DNA of 64,000 bases from an uncultured virus (IMG/VR IMGVR_UViG_3300045738_001977). Lineage: Duplodnaviria; Heunggongvirae; Uroviricota; Caudoviricetes. The stretch lies in the IMG/VR virus record IMGVR_UViG_3300045738_001977; one strand, written 5' to 3'. This document shows, in pieces, positions 7,768 to 18,000 of the stretch. Made by a program: the position numbers and the translations under genes. The notes under the pieces are model-generated. The model did not search any database. It was not told the DNA's origin and saw nothing but the letters and a program-made list of their open reading frames with translations. The first letter of the stretch is position 1, and each line of letters opens with the position of its first letter.

Positions 7768-9297
7768 ATGAAAGATTTTAAATATAAAACAATTTTTAGC
7801 TCAACCATTAAACCATTAGTTTCCGAAGAGAAAGATAAGTATCTGGCTTTAGCAAGTCTTGCTGATATTGGAGATTTTATTCCCGATATTGATACGAATG
7901 AAAACGTAGATCTACTTCCAATCGCCTTTAATGCTTGTGTTGTTAATAGAGTCAACAAAAACGGAGATGTTATTGATACAGAAACTGCGACAAAGATCTT
8001 CGAAAATTTCATCAATAAACCTATTAACATTGAACATAATAGAGATAAGGTTGTCGGCGTTATCCTAACTGCTGGATTTAGCGAGTTTGGAACAGACAAC
8101 GTTATTGCGAAAGACCAAGTTGTTTCCAATTCTAAAATTTTTAAAACAGGGCCCTTCAACATTACTTTGGGGGGAATTTTTTGGAAGGTAGTAAATAATG
8201 ATTTGGCAGACTTAATTGAAGAAGCTAGCGATCCTACAAGCGACAATTATATGGGTGTTTCAGCTAGTTGGGAATTAGGTTTTACAGATTTTAATATAAT
8301 TTTACTAGAAGATGGTGAAAAAAATATAGAGAATGGAGAAGTTATAGCAGAAGAAGCAGCTATAGAAAGAATGAAGCATCATCTTAAAGGATTTGGGGGG
8401 GAAGAAACTGTAGAAAATAGCAATAAAAAGGCCTATAGGCAAGTTATTGGTGAAGTAGTTCCGCTTGGCATAGGTCTAACAGAGAATCCTGCTGCTGACG
8501 TAGAGGGGGTAGCTACTAAAACTACATTGGAAAACGTCTCAAAAGAAAGTGAAAAAGAAGAAGAAACTTTGGTAAAATCAACTAAAGAATCTAATAATAT
8601 TTCACAAGAACCTAAAATTAATGTAATTTTAAGGGAGAATATCATGAAAATAAAATCAGTAAAAGACATTACGGACGACTTGTTGAAAGAGGTCTCCGCT
8701 TCTGTCGTGTCTGACTTTATCGAGGAAGAGCTGAAGCAAGCATCTAAGAGCTTCGTGGAAGAAAAGAGTAAACTTGAGAACGAACTCAAGGAATCTCTGG
8801 AAGCCCGCGAAACTCTTTCGAAGGAACAAGAAGAGCTTAAAACTAAGCTTGATTCCGTTGAAAAAGCTATGACCGAACTCGAAAAAGAAAAGACGCAGAG
8901 AGAAGCCGAAGCTAGATTCAACGAGCGTATGGGACTCTTGGACGAAGATTTTGAATTGAACGATGAAGATCGTGAAGTTCTTGCTTCGGACATTAAAGAC
9001 ATGAACAAAGAAGATTTTGAGTCTTACCAGAAAAAGATTAACGTTCTTTTGAAGGAAAAGTCAAAGAAACTTATTGAAGCTAGAAATGCTGAAGAGGCGC
9101 AGAAAGCTGAAGAAACCAAAACTGAAGAAGCTAAAGCTTCCGAGGAAACGAATGAAGAAGAGTCAGTAGTTGAAACTGCGGTTGATGAAGCCGACAAGGA
9201 AGACGCTGAAGTCCCTAATTCTATCCAAGCGGAAGACGAGACTCTTGTTGAAAAATACAAGAAAGCCTTTAGCTTAGATCAATTCGAATTAAATTAA
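7768..9297 (+). CDS. Prohead (capsid maturation) protease fused to a C-terminal coiled-coil scaffold
   Basis: N-terminal 'NKNGD...KPINIEH...VVG...SASWE...GIGLTENPA' pattern of HK97-type (clan SH) His/Ser proteases. The C-terminal half is a Glu/Lys-rich coiled coil. It lies two genes before the capsid gene. Confidence 0.8.
   Translation: MKDFKYKTIFSSTIKPLVSEEKDKYLALASLADIGDFIPDIDTNENVDLLPIAFNACVVNRVNKNGDVIDTETATKIFENFINKPINIEHNRDKVVGVILTAGFSEFGTDNVIAKDQVVSNSKIFKTGPFNITLGGIFWKVVNNDLADLIEEASDPTSDNYMGVSASWELGFTDFNIILLEDGEKNIENGEVIAEEAAIERMKHHLKGFGGEETVENSNKKAYRQVIGEVVPLGIGLTENPAADVEGVATKTTLENVSKESEKEEETLVKSTKESNNISQEPKINVILRENIMKIKSVKDITDDLLKEVSASVVSDFIEEELKQASKSFVEEKSKLENELKESLEARETLSKEQEELKTKLDSVEKAMTELEKEKTQREAEARFNERMGLLDEDFELNDEDREVLASDIKDMNKEDFESYQKKINVLLKEKSKKLIEARNAEEAQKAEETKTEEAKASEETNEEESVVETAVDEADKEDAEVPNSIQAEDETLVEKYKKAFSLDQFELN
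8600..8629 (+). promoter_or_regulatory. Intragenic putative promoter TTTCACA-N15-TGTAAT
   Basis: Same two boxes and spacing as at 32936-32964; followed by GGGAG (8633-8637) and an in-frame ATG at 8644. Confidence 0.45.
8644..9297 (+). CDS. Putative separately translated scaffolding protein (in-frame internal start, 217 aa)
   Basis: In-frame ATG (Met293) with Shine-Dalgarno GGGAG 6 nt upstream, at the protease/coiled-coil boundary. Confidence 0.55.
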   Translation: MKIKSVKDITDDLLKEVSASVVSDFIEEELKQASKSFVEEKSKLENELKESLEARETLSKEQEELKTKLDSVEKAMTELEKEKTQREAEARFNERMGLLDEDFELNDEDREVLASDIKDMNKEDFESYQKKINVLLKEKSKKLIEARNAEEAQKAEETKTEEAKASEETNEEESVVETAVDEADKEDAEVPNSIQAEDETLVEKYKKAFSLDQFELN

Positions 9298-9322
9298 ACT
9301 ATAAAAAAAGGAATAAACTATT

Positions 9323-9973
9323 ATGGCAATTTTAAAACCATTTAGAGATTATGATGAGAAGGACGTTATTAACTTATTCGCCCTTTTAAATCCACCCGCA
9401 ATCACATCTTGGGATACCCGCGTAACTGCCGGAACCCTCGTGGGATTGTCAACTAAGGGGTGGCATAACGACGACAGCATTCATGATGTTGATCAGACTA
9501 TGAACGCGGCTGGAGATTATTCAGTTAATAATGTAACAAGCACTCGTTGGGAGCATACCGCGGAGATTACGGTCTCCGGTGTTAGCGCCACGGATGGCGT
9601 GTTAGGAATGTTGCTCAATCACGTAGCGTTATTTGACGAGAACGGAGAGCGGCTAGACTATAACCCGAGAAAGGCAAGTGAACTGCAAGCAGTTTTGCCA
9701 TGGCAGGCAGTGCCCGTTGTGAGAAAAGGACTTTTCTTACTTTCAGGCAGTGACCTAGACGGCAAGACATTTGACGCAGGAACACCGCTGACATCCAGCG
9801 CTGCAACTGCTGGAGAATGGGACACAGCCACGGCCTCAACGAACGAGGTTCTCGTTGGCTATACTCTCGGCAACAACCATCTGACCGTGGGCAACGCAGA
9901 TCATCACACCGAGCATTTAATTATGTTAGATGTTGGCGGACCTGCAAGCTCTGGCGCATCTCATAGTGCGTAA
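9323..9973 (+). CDS. Probable capsid decoration/cement protein
   Basis: Lies between scaffold and major capsid genes; small and beta-rich with 'G.L...G.LL...AV.V...G' features. Confidence 0.6.
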   Translation: MAILKPFRDYDEKDVINLFALLNPPAITSWDTRVTAGTLVGLSTKGWHNDDSIHDVDQTMNAAGDYSVNNVTSTRWEHTAEITVSGVSATDGVLGMLLNHVALFDENGERLDYNPRKASELQAVLPWQAVPVVRKGLFLLSGSDLDGKTFDAGTPLTSSAATAGEWDTATASTNEVLVGYTLGNNHLTVGNADHHTEHLIMLDVGGPASSGASHSA

Positions 9974-10001
9974 ACCAATTAACTAAACAGGAGAATTAAA
10001 A

Positions 10002-11165
10002 ATGAAATTAAAATTAAAAAACACTCCAGAACAAGTAGAGCTAATAAAGGCTATTGGTTCGAGGGACACATCTGTTTCCCGCGAAGCATCTGAGGCTTTT
10101 GCAGCTTTTCTTGGACCAGTGATTCAAAAGGTTTTGTTAACGGCAGGAACAGCAAGTCAGATCTTTGTTGACTCAGAGTTTGATGAAGACGATAGCCCGA
10201 GCTACCCGCTCGATCTTCACTACGGTGAAGGAGAAGGCTACGTCACTGTTTGGAGCCAACACATGGCCGGTGGATTACCGACCTCGCAAGTCGAGGGAAT
10301 GAAAGAGGTCAAGATTGCAACGTATCGTTTAGACTCAGCAGTGAGTTTTAACAAGCGTTATGCTCGTAGAGCGCGTCTTGATGTTGTTAGCAAGGCTATC
10401 GAAAGAATGGCCAATGAAGTATTGATCAAGCAGGAAAGAAACGCTTGGGCAGTTATCCTTAAGGCTCTCGGTGAGGGCAATACAGGCGGACAAGCTCACG
10501 TTGTTCCCAGCGCCTCATTTAATACGGCCGGCGGATCGTCCTTTGGACTCGCTGACTTGAACAAGCTGATGACCATTAGCAAGAGAATCAATGAGTCCTT
10601 CTCAGGACATACACCGATTGCACCTTATTCCGACGGAATCACTGACTTATATGTTAGTCCTGAGGTTTTGGAGCAAATTCGTGGATTCGCTTACAACCCA
10701 ATGTACACCGGCTCGCCGGCACAGGCTCTTCCGGACAACATCCGTGAGGATATCTACCGGAACGCAGGCATGGCTTCCATTTATGGTGTTAACATCAATG
10801 AAATGGTTGAGCTTGGCGTAGGCAAAAAGTATAACTCTTTGTTCGCAGCCGTTGCACCCGCTAGTGGGGTAAGCAATACTCACTTCGCTCTCGACGATGT
10901 CGAGGGAGATGCTGGCTCTAGCACAGGAACCGCGTTTGCAGCCGCCACACACGAACTCGCCGTTGGCGTTGACAATGGTCGCGGAGCATTTATCCGCCCG
11001 GTTGCCCGTCAATGGGATAGCGGTGGAGATGGAACATTCAGAGCTCTTCCCGATGAGCAGTTCAACATGTACGGAAGTCGTGTTGAAAAGACAGGTTTCT
11101 ACGGATTCCTCGAAGAGGGTCGGATTTGTATCGACGCTCGCGCCATCATGGGATTAGTCCTCTAA
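10002..11165 (+). CDS. Major capsid protein (HK97-fold expected)
   Basis: 387 aa, strong SD (AGGAG), follows protease/scaffold and decoration genes, and is followed by an intrinsic terminator. C-terminal 'GFYGFLEEGRICIDARAI' fits the end of a P-domain. Confidence 0.8.
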   Translation: MKLKLKNTPEQVELIKAIGSRDTSVSREASEAFAAFLGPVIQKVLLTAGTASQIFVDSEFDEDDSPSYPLDLHYGEGEGYVTVWSQHMAGGLPTSQVEGMKEVKIATYRLDSAVSFNKRYARRARLDVVSKAIERMANEVLIKQERNAWAVILKALGEGNTGGQAHVVPSASFNTAGGSSFGLADLNKLMTISKRINESFSGHTPIAPYSDGITDLYVSPEVLEQIRGFAYNPMYTGSPAQALPDNIREDIYRNAGMASIYGVNINEMVELGVGKKYNSLFAAVAPASGVSNTHFALDDVEGDAGSSTGTAFAAATHELAVGVDNGRGAFIRPVARQWDSGGDGTFRALPDEQFNMYGSRVEKTGFYGFLEEGRICIDARAIMGLVL

Positions 11166-11194
11166 TCATAGAGATATTCTTATCACATAACACT

Positions 11195-11219
11195 CCCCGC
11201 CTTCGGGCGGGGTTTTTTT
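11195..11219 (+). terminator. Rho-independent terminator
   Basis: CCCCGCC-TTCG-GGCGGGG perfect stem with a cUUCGg loop, followed by T7. Confidence 0.92.
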
Positions 11220-11245
11220 GTTTAAATATTTGTTTTTTTAAGCAA

Positions 11246-11253
11246 GTCTAATA
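11246..11253 (+). promoter_or_regulatory. GTCTAATA variant motif
   Basis: Directly after the terminator, 17 nt before the ATG at 11263, the same spacing as other copies. Confidence 0.35.
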
Positions 11254-11262
11254 GCATAAGTT

Positions 11263-11661
11263 ATGGCAAATAAGAAAAAACCAACGAAGAAATCAGCTAA
11301 AAAGACTGAAAGCAAGGCTAAAAAGAAGTCGCTAGAATCTCTTTCTCAGATTCATGGGAAAGAGGAAAAGTTTGAGCCCACTACCCTTGACCAAGTTTGG
11401 GGGGAATCAGGCAATACAAAATACGGCACAACCGACGTAAATGACTACATTAGGAAGCTTGAGGACATGAATACCACCGATCTACAGACTCATGCCCATG
11501 TAATAGGGTTTGTGCCTGTAGATGATAGGGTAACTTTAATGAAAAAACTTATCGGCGAGTTTAAAAAACACATTTCCGGGTTCCAAAAACCCACAGATCA
11601 GCTTCTTCATAACCGCCCCCTGTCAGACGAAGTGAAAAAAATATTATCTGAAGGAAGATAA
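11263..11661 (+). CDS. Hypothetical protein with Lys-rich N-terminus
   Basis: 132-aa ORF; the 'LEDMNTTDLQTHA..IG...DDR..L..KL' helical segment is reminiscent of small helical-bundle (Rho-N/HeH-like) domains. Confidence 0.7.
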   Translation: MANKKKPTKKSAKKTESKAKKKSLESLSQIHGKEEKFEPTTLDQVWGESGNTKYGTTDVNDYIRKLEDMNTTDLQTHAHVIGFVPVDDRVTLMKKLIGEFKKHISGFQKPTDQLLHNRPLSDEVKKILSEGR

Positions 11662-11690
11662 ATAAAAAAAAGTATAAATTTCCTGCGTAC

Positions 11691-11699
11691 GTGTAAAGA
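11691..11699 (+). promoter_or_regulatory. GTGTAAAGA variant motif
   Basis: 17 nt before the ATG at 11708. Confidence 0.4.
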
Positions 11700-11707
11700 T
11701 ATAATGT

Positions 11708-12079
11708 ATGAGCGCGGCAAATGTAGACTTAGATATTACTCAGGGATCAACTTTTTGGATAAGAATACAATTACTGGACGATAACTGGAATGTTGACAAT
11801 TTAACCGGTTATGAAATAAGGGGTGTTGCAAAGAACCAATACTCCGATTCAGATAATGATATTCTAGTTAACTTGGACCCTGTCGTCTATGATGCCTCAA
11901 ATGGGCTCGTAGATATTCTTCTAACCGCAGAGCAAACCGCTCAATTACCCATTACTGAAGCTCTATATGATATGGAGAAATATCCTTTAACAAATGTAGA
12001 AAACACAACAAAAATTTTATTTGGAAAACTTAAAATTCATCCAGAAATCACCAGCGGCGTAGACCTTGACTACAATTAA
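11708..12079 (+). CDS. Fibre adaptor-like virion protein (BppU-N/LtfC-like beta-sandwich)
   Basis: 'I.QGSTF...LTGY...G...I.LTAEQTA.L.....YD.E......IL.G.....P.IT' pattern typical of small phage fibre-anchoring proteins; directly precedes the giant fibre gene. Confidence 0.6.
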   Translation: MSAANVDLDITQGSTFWIRIQLLDDNWNVDNLTGYEIRGVAKNQYSDSDNDILVNLDPVVYDASNGLVDILLTAEQTAQLPITEALYDMEKYPLTNVENTTKILFGKLKIHPEITSGVDLDYN

Positions 12080-12089
12080 ATAAAGCAAC

Positions 12090-15000
12090 ATGGCAATTAT
12101 TATTACCAACCCCAACACCGGAGGTACGATATACGAATCCGGGAGCGAAGCAGGCGGACAAGCCGGACCGCGAGGGTATCAAGGGTATCAAGGATATCAA
12201 GGGGTCGGCGGGGGTGGAACCGGTGGCGTTCCGTTGGAAATTGTTTTTATCGTTACGGTGCAGCCTGACGGAATGGGCAATGATGCGTTTTATATTGATG
12301 GAACTAGAAACGCTAATTTAATTCTTTCTACAAATAGAAAATATAAATTTGATTTATCAGATGTTAGTAATTTTGGGCATGTTTTTCAACTGTCCACCAC
12401 AGAGGGTGGGATATGGAATGGTGGGAATACATATACCGGCGGACAAGATGAAGTAGAAAAAGCCGGCGCAGAAGGAACAGCGGGAGCTTATTTATCGTGG
12501 GACGTACCAAACATAGTAAACAATGTAATGTACTATTTTTGTACGATGCATTCAGTAATGGGTGGAGAACTCAAGATGGCCGGCGCCCAAGGACATCAAG
12601 GCGATCAGGGGCATCAAGGGCACCAAGGCTATCAGGGGCATCAAGGATATCAAGGATATCAAGGAATTGATGGAGCTTTTGCCGCGATAGGTAATCAAGG
12701 CTATCAGGGGTATCAAGGAAATCAAGGCAACCAAGGATACCAAGGCAACCAAGGAGACACTGGGGCCGATAGTGTCGTAGCTGGACCACAAGGAAACCAA
12801 GGCAACCAAGGGCACCAAGGCAACCAAGGATACCAAGGCAACCAAGGGGACACGGGTGCCGACAGTGTCGTAGCTGGTCCGCAAGGAAATCAAGGCAACC
12901 AAGGAGACACGGGTGCCGACAGTGTCGTAGCTGGCCCACAAGGAAATCAAGGCAACCAAGGATACCAAGGCAACCAAGGAGACACGGGTGCCGACAGTGT
13001 CGTAGCTGGCCCACAAGGAAATCAAGGCAACCAAGGATACCAAGGCAACCAAGGAGACACGGGTGCCGACAGTGTCGTAGCTGGCCCGCAAGGAAATCAA
13101 GGCAACCAAGGATATCAAGGATACCAAGGCAACCAAGGAGACACTGGGGCCGATAGTGTCGTAGCTGGCCCACAAGGAAACCAAGGCAACCAAGGATACC
13201 AAGGCAACCAAGGAGACACTGGGGCTGACAGTGTCGTGGCGGGACCACAAGGAAACCAAGGCAACCAAGGATATCAAGGATATCAAGGCAACCAAGGGCA
13301 TCAAGGTTATCAAGGGCACCAAGGAGATACCGGCGCCGATAGTATCGTAGCAGGCCCACAAGGAAATCAAGGCAATCAAGGGAACCAAGGGTACCAAGGG
13401 CATCAGGGCAACCAAGGACACCAAGGATCGCAACCAAACCCCTCTACTTTGGGGTATGTATTGGTTACGGATCAAACTAACGCGTCTTCTACCGAGGTTT
13501 CAGTTAGTCATGGCACGGATGGATATAAGGCTTTCTTGGAAAATAACGTTAGCGTTTTCTGGGAAACGACCTTCTCTAGCCCTGCAACTATAACGTATGA
13601 TTTCGGTTCTGGAGTGACAAAGAAAGTCACAATGCTGGGCTTTAATATATATGATGGTTACGAATTCCGTATGCCATATGACTTTTATCTTGAAGGTTCA
13701 AACGATGGCTCTAACTGGACTCATTTGAGTTCTTGGGTTAATACGCCTTACGATAGCATGATTAGTTCTGGCAGTACGTTCTACAGCTTTCCTTTCGCTA
13801 ATAATACGGCTTACCAATACTACAAGATAGTTGTTTCAGCGATCCATCCTAGTGAAACAAATATTCGAATCGGCTGGATGGGGTACTACGAGGGTAGAGC
13901 TACTGGCGATCAAGGATACCAAGGATACCAAGGTGAGCCGGGCGGATTTGCCGCGCAAGGATATCAAGGTTACCAAGGAGACACCGGTGCTGATAGTACC
14001 GTAGCGGGGCCGCAAGGAAATCAAGGCAATCAAGGGCACCAAGGACACCAAGGGTATCAGGGGCACCAAGGAAACCAAGGCAACCAAGGTCACCAAGGAG
14101 ACGTTGGGGCCGACAGTACCGTGGCAGGCCCACAGGGAAATCAAGGCAACCAAGGTCACCAAGGAGACGTTGGGACCGACAGTACCGTAGCAGGACCGCA
14201 AGGAAATCAAGGTAACCAAGGATATCAAGGACACCAAGGATACCAAGGTTACCAAGGAGACATTGGAGCCGATAGCACCGTAGCAGGACCGCAAGGACCC
14301 CAAGGAGCAGGCGGAAGCGGCGGGGATGGAACCGGCGGTACTGGATGCGCGAATTGTTTTGATTTTGTTTGGTGTCAAAATATTGGCGACACGGATTGCG
14401 TAACATGCCAACCATTAAGCGGCGATCCTAATTGGGATAACGTAACGGCTCTTATTCAATCCAAAGACACAGACAATGGCGTTATCTTTACGGATTCATC
14501 CATTTCACAACACGCTGTAACACCCGGGGGAGATGTTCATCATGGTATTCATAAGGCTAAATTTGGAAATTCTTCTATTCACTTTGACGGAGCAGGAGAT
14601 TACCTTTCCGTTGGGGATTCAGCAGGTCTAGATGTAGCGGCGGGAGATTTTACTTTAGAATTTTGGGTATACCCCATTGGCCTTGCCGCTGGTGGGCTTA
14701 TTACTAAGAGAGCAATTTCTACCGATTTTTCCCCCATTCATTTGCTGTCTACCAGCGCGGGAAAACTTAATTTATATTTGACAGACATATCCAATGCCTT
14801 TGTGGCGGTATCTTCGTCAGACGGAGCGTTGAGCGTGGGGGTTTGGCATCATATAGGTATTGTTAGATATGGCGATGTTGTTTCGCTGTATGTCAATGGC
14901 GTAAGTGTAGCTAGTGGCAGTTTGTCTGCTGGAGTAGCGCTGCTTAATAATTCGGACGCCTTTATTTTAGGGGCAGATTCAGGAACAGGATCCGGCTCCA

Positions 15001-18000
15001 GCAACATACACTTAGAAGAATTTAGACTTACAAAAGGCGTTGCCCGTTATCAAGCCAACTTTACTTCTCCGATAGCCTCATTCTGCGCTTATGGGGAAGC
15101 GGTGACAACGACCGTTGCTCCAAGCTCTGGTAATTTTATTTACTTGGCCACCGGTTGGGACGGTTTGCGCACTTACTCTGTTGATGGTTCTGGAAACCTA
15201 ACACACATTGATTCAGATGCGGCATCTTCAATAGGGTCTAGCACTATTGCTCGGGGTGTCTGGGGAGACGGGAACTTTATTTACTTGGCTAGTGACGCTG
15301 GCGGTTTACACACTTACTCTGTTGATGGCTCTGGAAACCTGACACACATAGATTCTGATTCTTCACAGCTTGGTGAAGCTTGGGACGTCTGGGGAGACGG
15401 GAGCCTTATTTACTTGGCCAATTACGGTGGCGGTTTGCACACTTACTCCGTTGATGGTTCTGGAAACCTGACGCATATAGATTCAGATGATCAGGGTGAT
15501 TATGCTATGGGTGTCTGGGGAGACGGGAACTTTATTTACTTGGCAAACTACACTGGCGGTTTACATTCCTACTCCGTTGATGGCTCTGGAAACCTGACGC
15601 ATATAGATTCAGATGATCAGGGTGATTATGCTTTTGGTGTCTGGGGAGACGGGAACTTTATTTACTTGGCGAATGAGCGTGGCGGTTTGCATACTTACTC
15701 CGTTGATGGTTCTGGAAGCCTAACGCATATAGATTCAGATGATCAGGGTGGTTTTGCGAGTGGTGTCTGGGGAGATGGGAACTTTACTTACTTGGCTAAC
15801 ACCGATGGCGGTTTGCACTCTTACTCCGTTGATGGTTCTGGAAACCTGACGCACATAGATTTTGATGCGACATCGGGTATTAATTATGCTCGGGATGTCT
15901 GGGGAGACGGGAACTTTATTTGCTCGGCCAGTGACAGCGGCGGTCTCTCCACTTACTCTGTTGACGGTTCCGGAAACCTGACGCACATAGATTCCAGCCC
16001 TTGGGGAGTCCCTCAGGGTGGTTTTGGTGGCGGCAATTATGGTGTCTGGGCTGGCCCCATTAGCGTCACGCCGACGACAACGACCCCTGCGCCGACGACG
16101 ACACCCTCACCAGCTCTGCAAGATTGTTCGCAAGCTCCATATTGTAGTGAAATTATCGTAAACTACATCTATGACTGGGCCGCGAATGTGCCGGTCGACC
16201 TTACGGAGACATTCACGCTCCAAACGGGAACTCACAATGGTATGCCGGTGTGGATGGGGCTTGATCCGGCAAACACTTCCAACACAAGATACATATACTT
16301 TGGCACCGGTGCGCTGGCAGGATGGACGGCCGGCTGGTATTACGCAGCCTCCTTGGGCGGGGGTTCGTACCTATCTATTAGCCCCGGCACCGGTAACGCA
16401 CATCCAATTAATCCAAGCGGCTACACGGGGTGCCCAGCGAATTCTTCCGGATACGATTGGTCCAATCCTCACTCGCACATAATGACTTGGGGGGCGTGCC
16501 CAGCAACAACCACTGCTGCGCCGACGACTACGACAACTACCGCCACGGGATCTTACTTCCAAGTAGAAGACTGTACTTCTTCGGGCGTATATTATATCAT
16601 TGAAGATTCCATGAGCTATATGCCGACACAGCTCGATGTTGTGCGGTGGACGCACACCAATGGGACTGAGTATTGCGGTACGATTACTGCCGATTTCGTT
16701 GGTGGTACGAGTGTGGGAGATATTCAGGGCGTGGATGACAATGCGAACATGATTCCGTATTCCTGCGCGACTTGTGCTACTGACATCGGAGGCGGGGCGC
16801 CGACGACCACAACAACGCCTGCGTCAGCAGCGTGTTGGCCGTCGGGCGGCGATACGAATTGGAGCGATGTAAAACTTCTTATTCAGTCTGACACGCTTAC
16901 GGAAACGGACGCTATAGTAGATTCGTCGGAAGGTCCTTGGCAACCCGGCTTTGATCAGCAAAACTCTTGCATTTATGTGCAGCAATGGTTGGGCGGCGGA
17001 TGCGGAGACCCACACCACGAAACGGACAGAAAGAAATTCGGCGACTCTTCGATATATTTCGACGGGGTGGACGATTATTTATTGACGGATTACAATGCGA
17101 CCTTCGGCTTCGTTTATGGTGCAACCGAAAGTTGGACAATGGAGTTTTGGCTTAATTGGAGTGATGGTATGAACACGCTGTCCTATGGGCCGCAGTACTT
17201 GCTGTCAATGGATAGTAGGCTTTATACCGGTACGAATCCGTGGACGGCGGGTGGGTGGCCGTGGTACGTCGACGATTATGTATTCAGCCTCTCCTACGCG
17301 CCTGACACCTCAGGCGGCAAATGGTTTTTAGATACCGGAAGGGTTGCCTCACGCGGTCAAGGGCAAAGTTCGAGCAACCCGCCGGGTGGCAATGCCAATC
17401 AGTGGTATCATATTGCTATTGTCGCTGATGGAACCAATGTAAATTTATATGTTGATGGCCAAAGCGTTATAAATTTCTCGCAGGTTGCGGTCGGAGGTGT
17501 GGGGATACATGCGCCTCTTGCAATTGGCGCGTACCTCGATTGGAGCATGAGCGTTTATGACCCGTCGTACTTTCCCGGCGTCTACCAGCCCAGCGTGCAC
17601 GGCCCACTTAGCTTTTTTAAAGGCTACATAGATGAGTTTCGTGTCACCGGGGGTGTTGCGCGCTATACCGCTGACTTTAGTAGTAATTTGCCAAACGCGC
17701 CTTTCTGCGTTAGCTCCAGCGAGGCAACAACTACCGCTGCGCCGACGACAACCACTGGTGACCCAGCCGGCCCGCAATATGACCAAATATGTGTATCCGG
17801 CTGCCAAGAAGACACCCCGGGAGACGTCAATCAGTTCTCGTGTGATTTGTCTGACGGTACATATACGAAGCAGTCCACCACGCCCAGTTACCTAGCCGGC
17901 TATGACCCCAATAACTCAAGCCTGATTAATGGAAAAGCTTGGTGGGCCGACTCAACAAATACCGCCCAGAATGCTCATTTTTCAAAGATAGCTTGGAACG

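Noticed and set aside
12582..16053. Regular repeats as a CRISPR array
   Set aside because: Repeats are in-frame coding units (collagen, propeller) without unique spacers of constant length; no cas genes.
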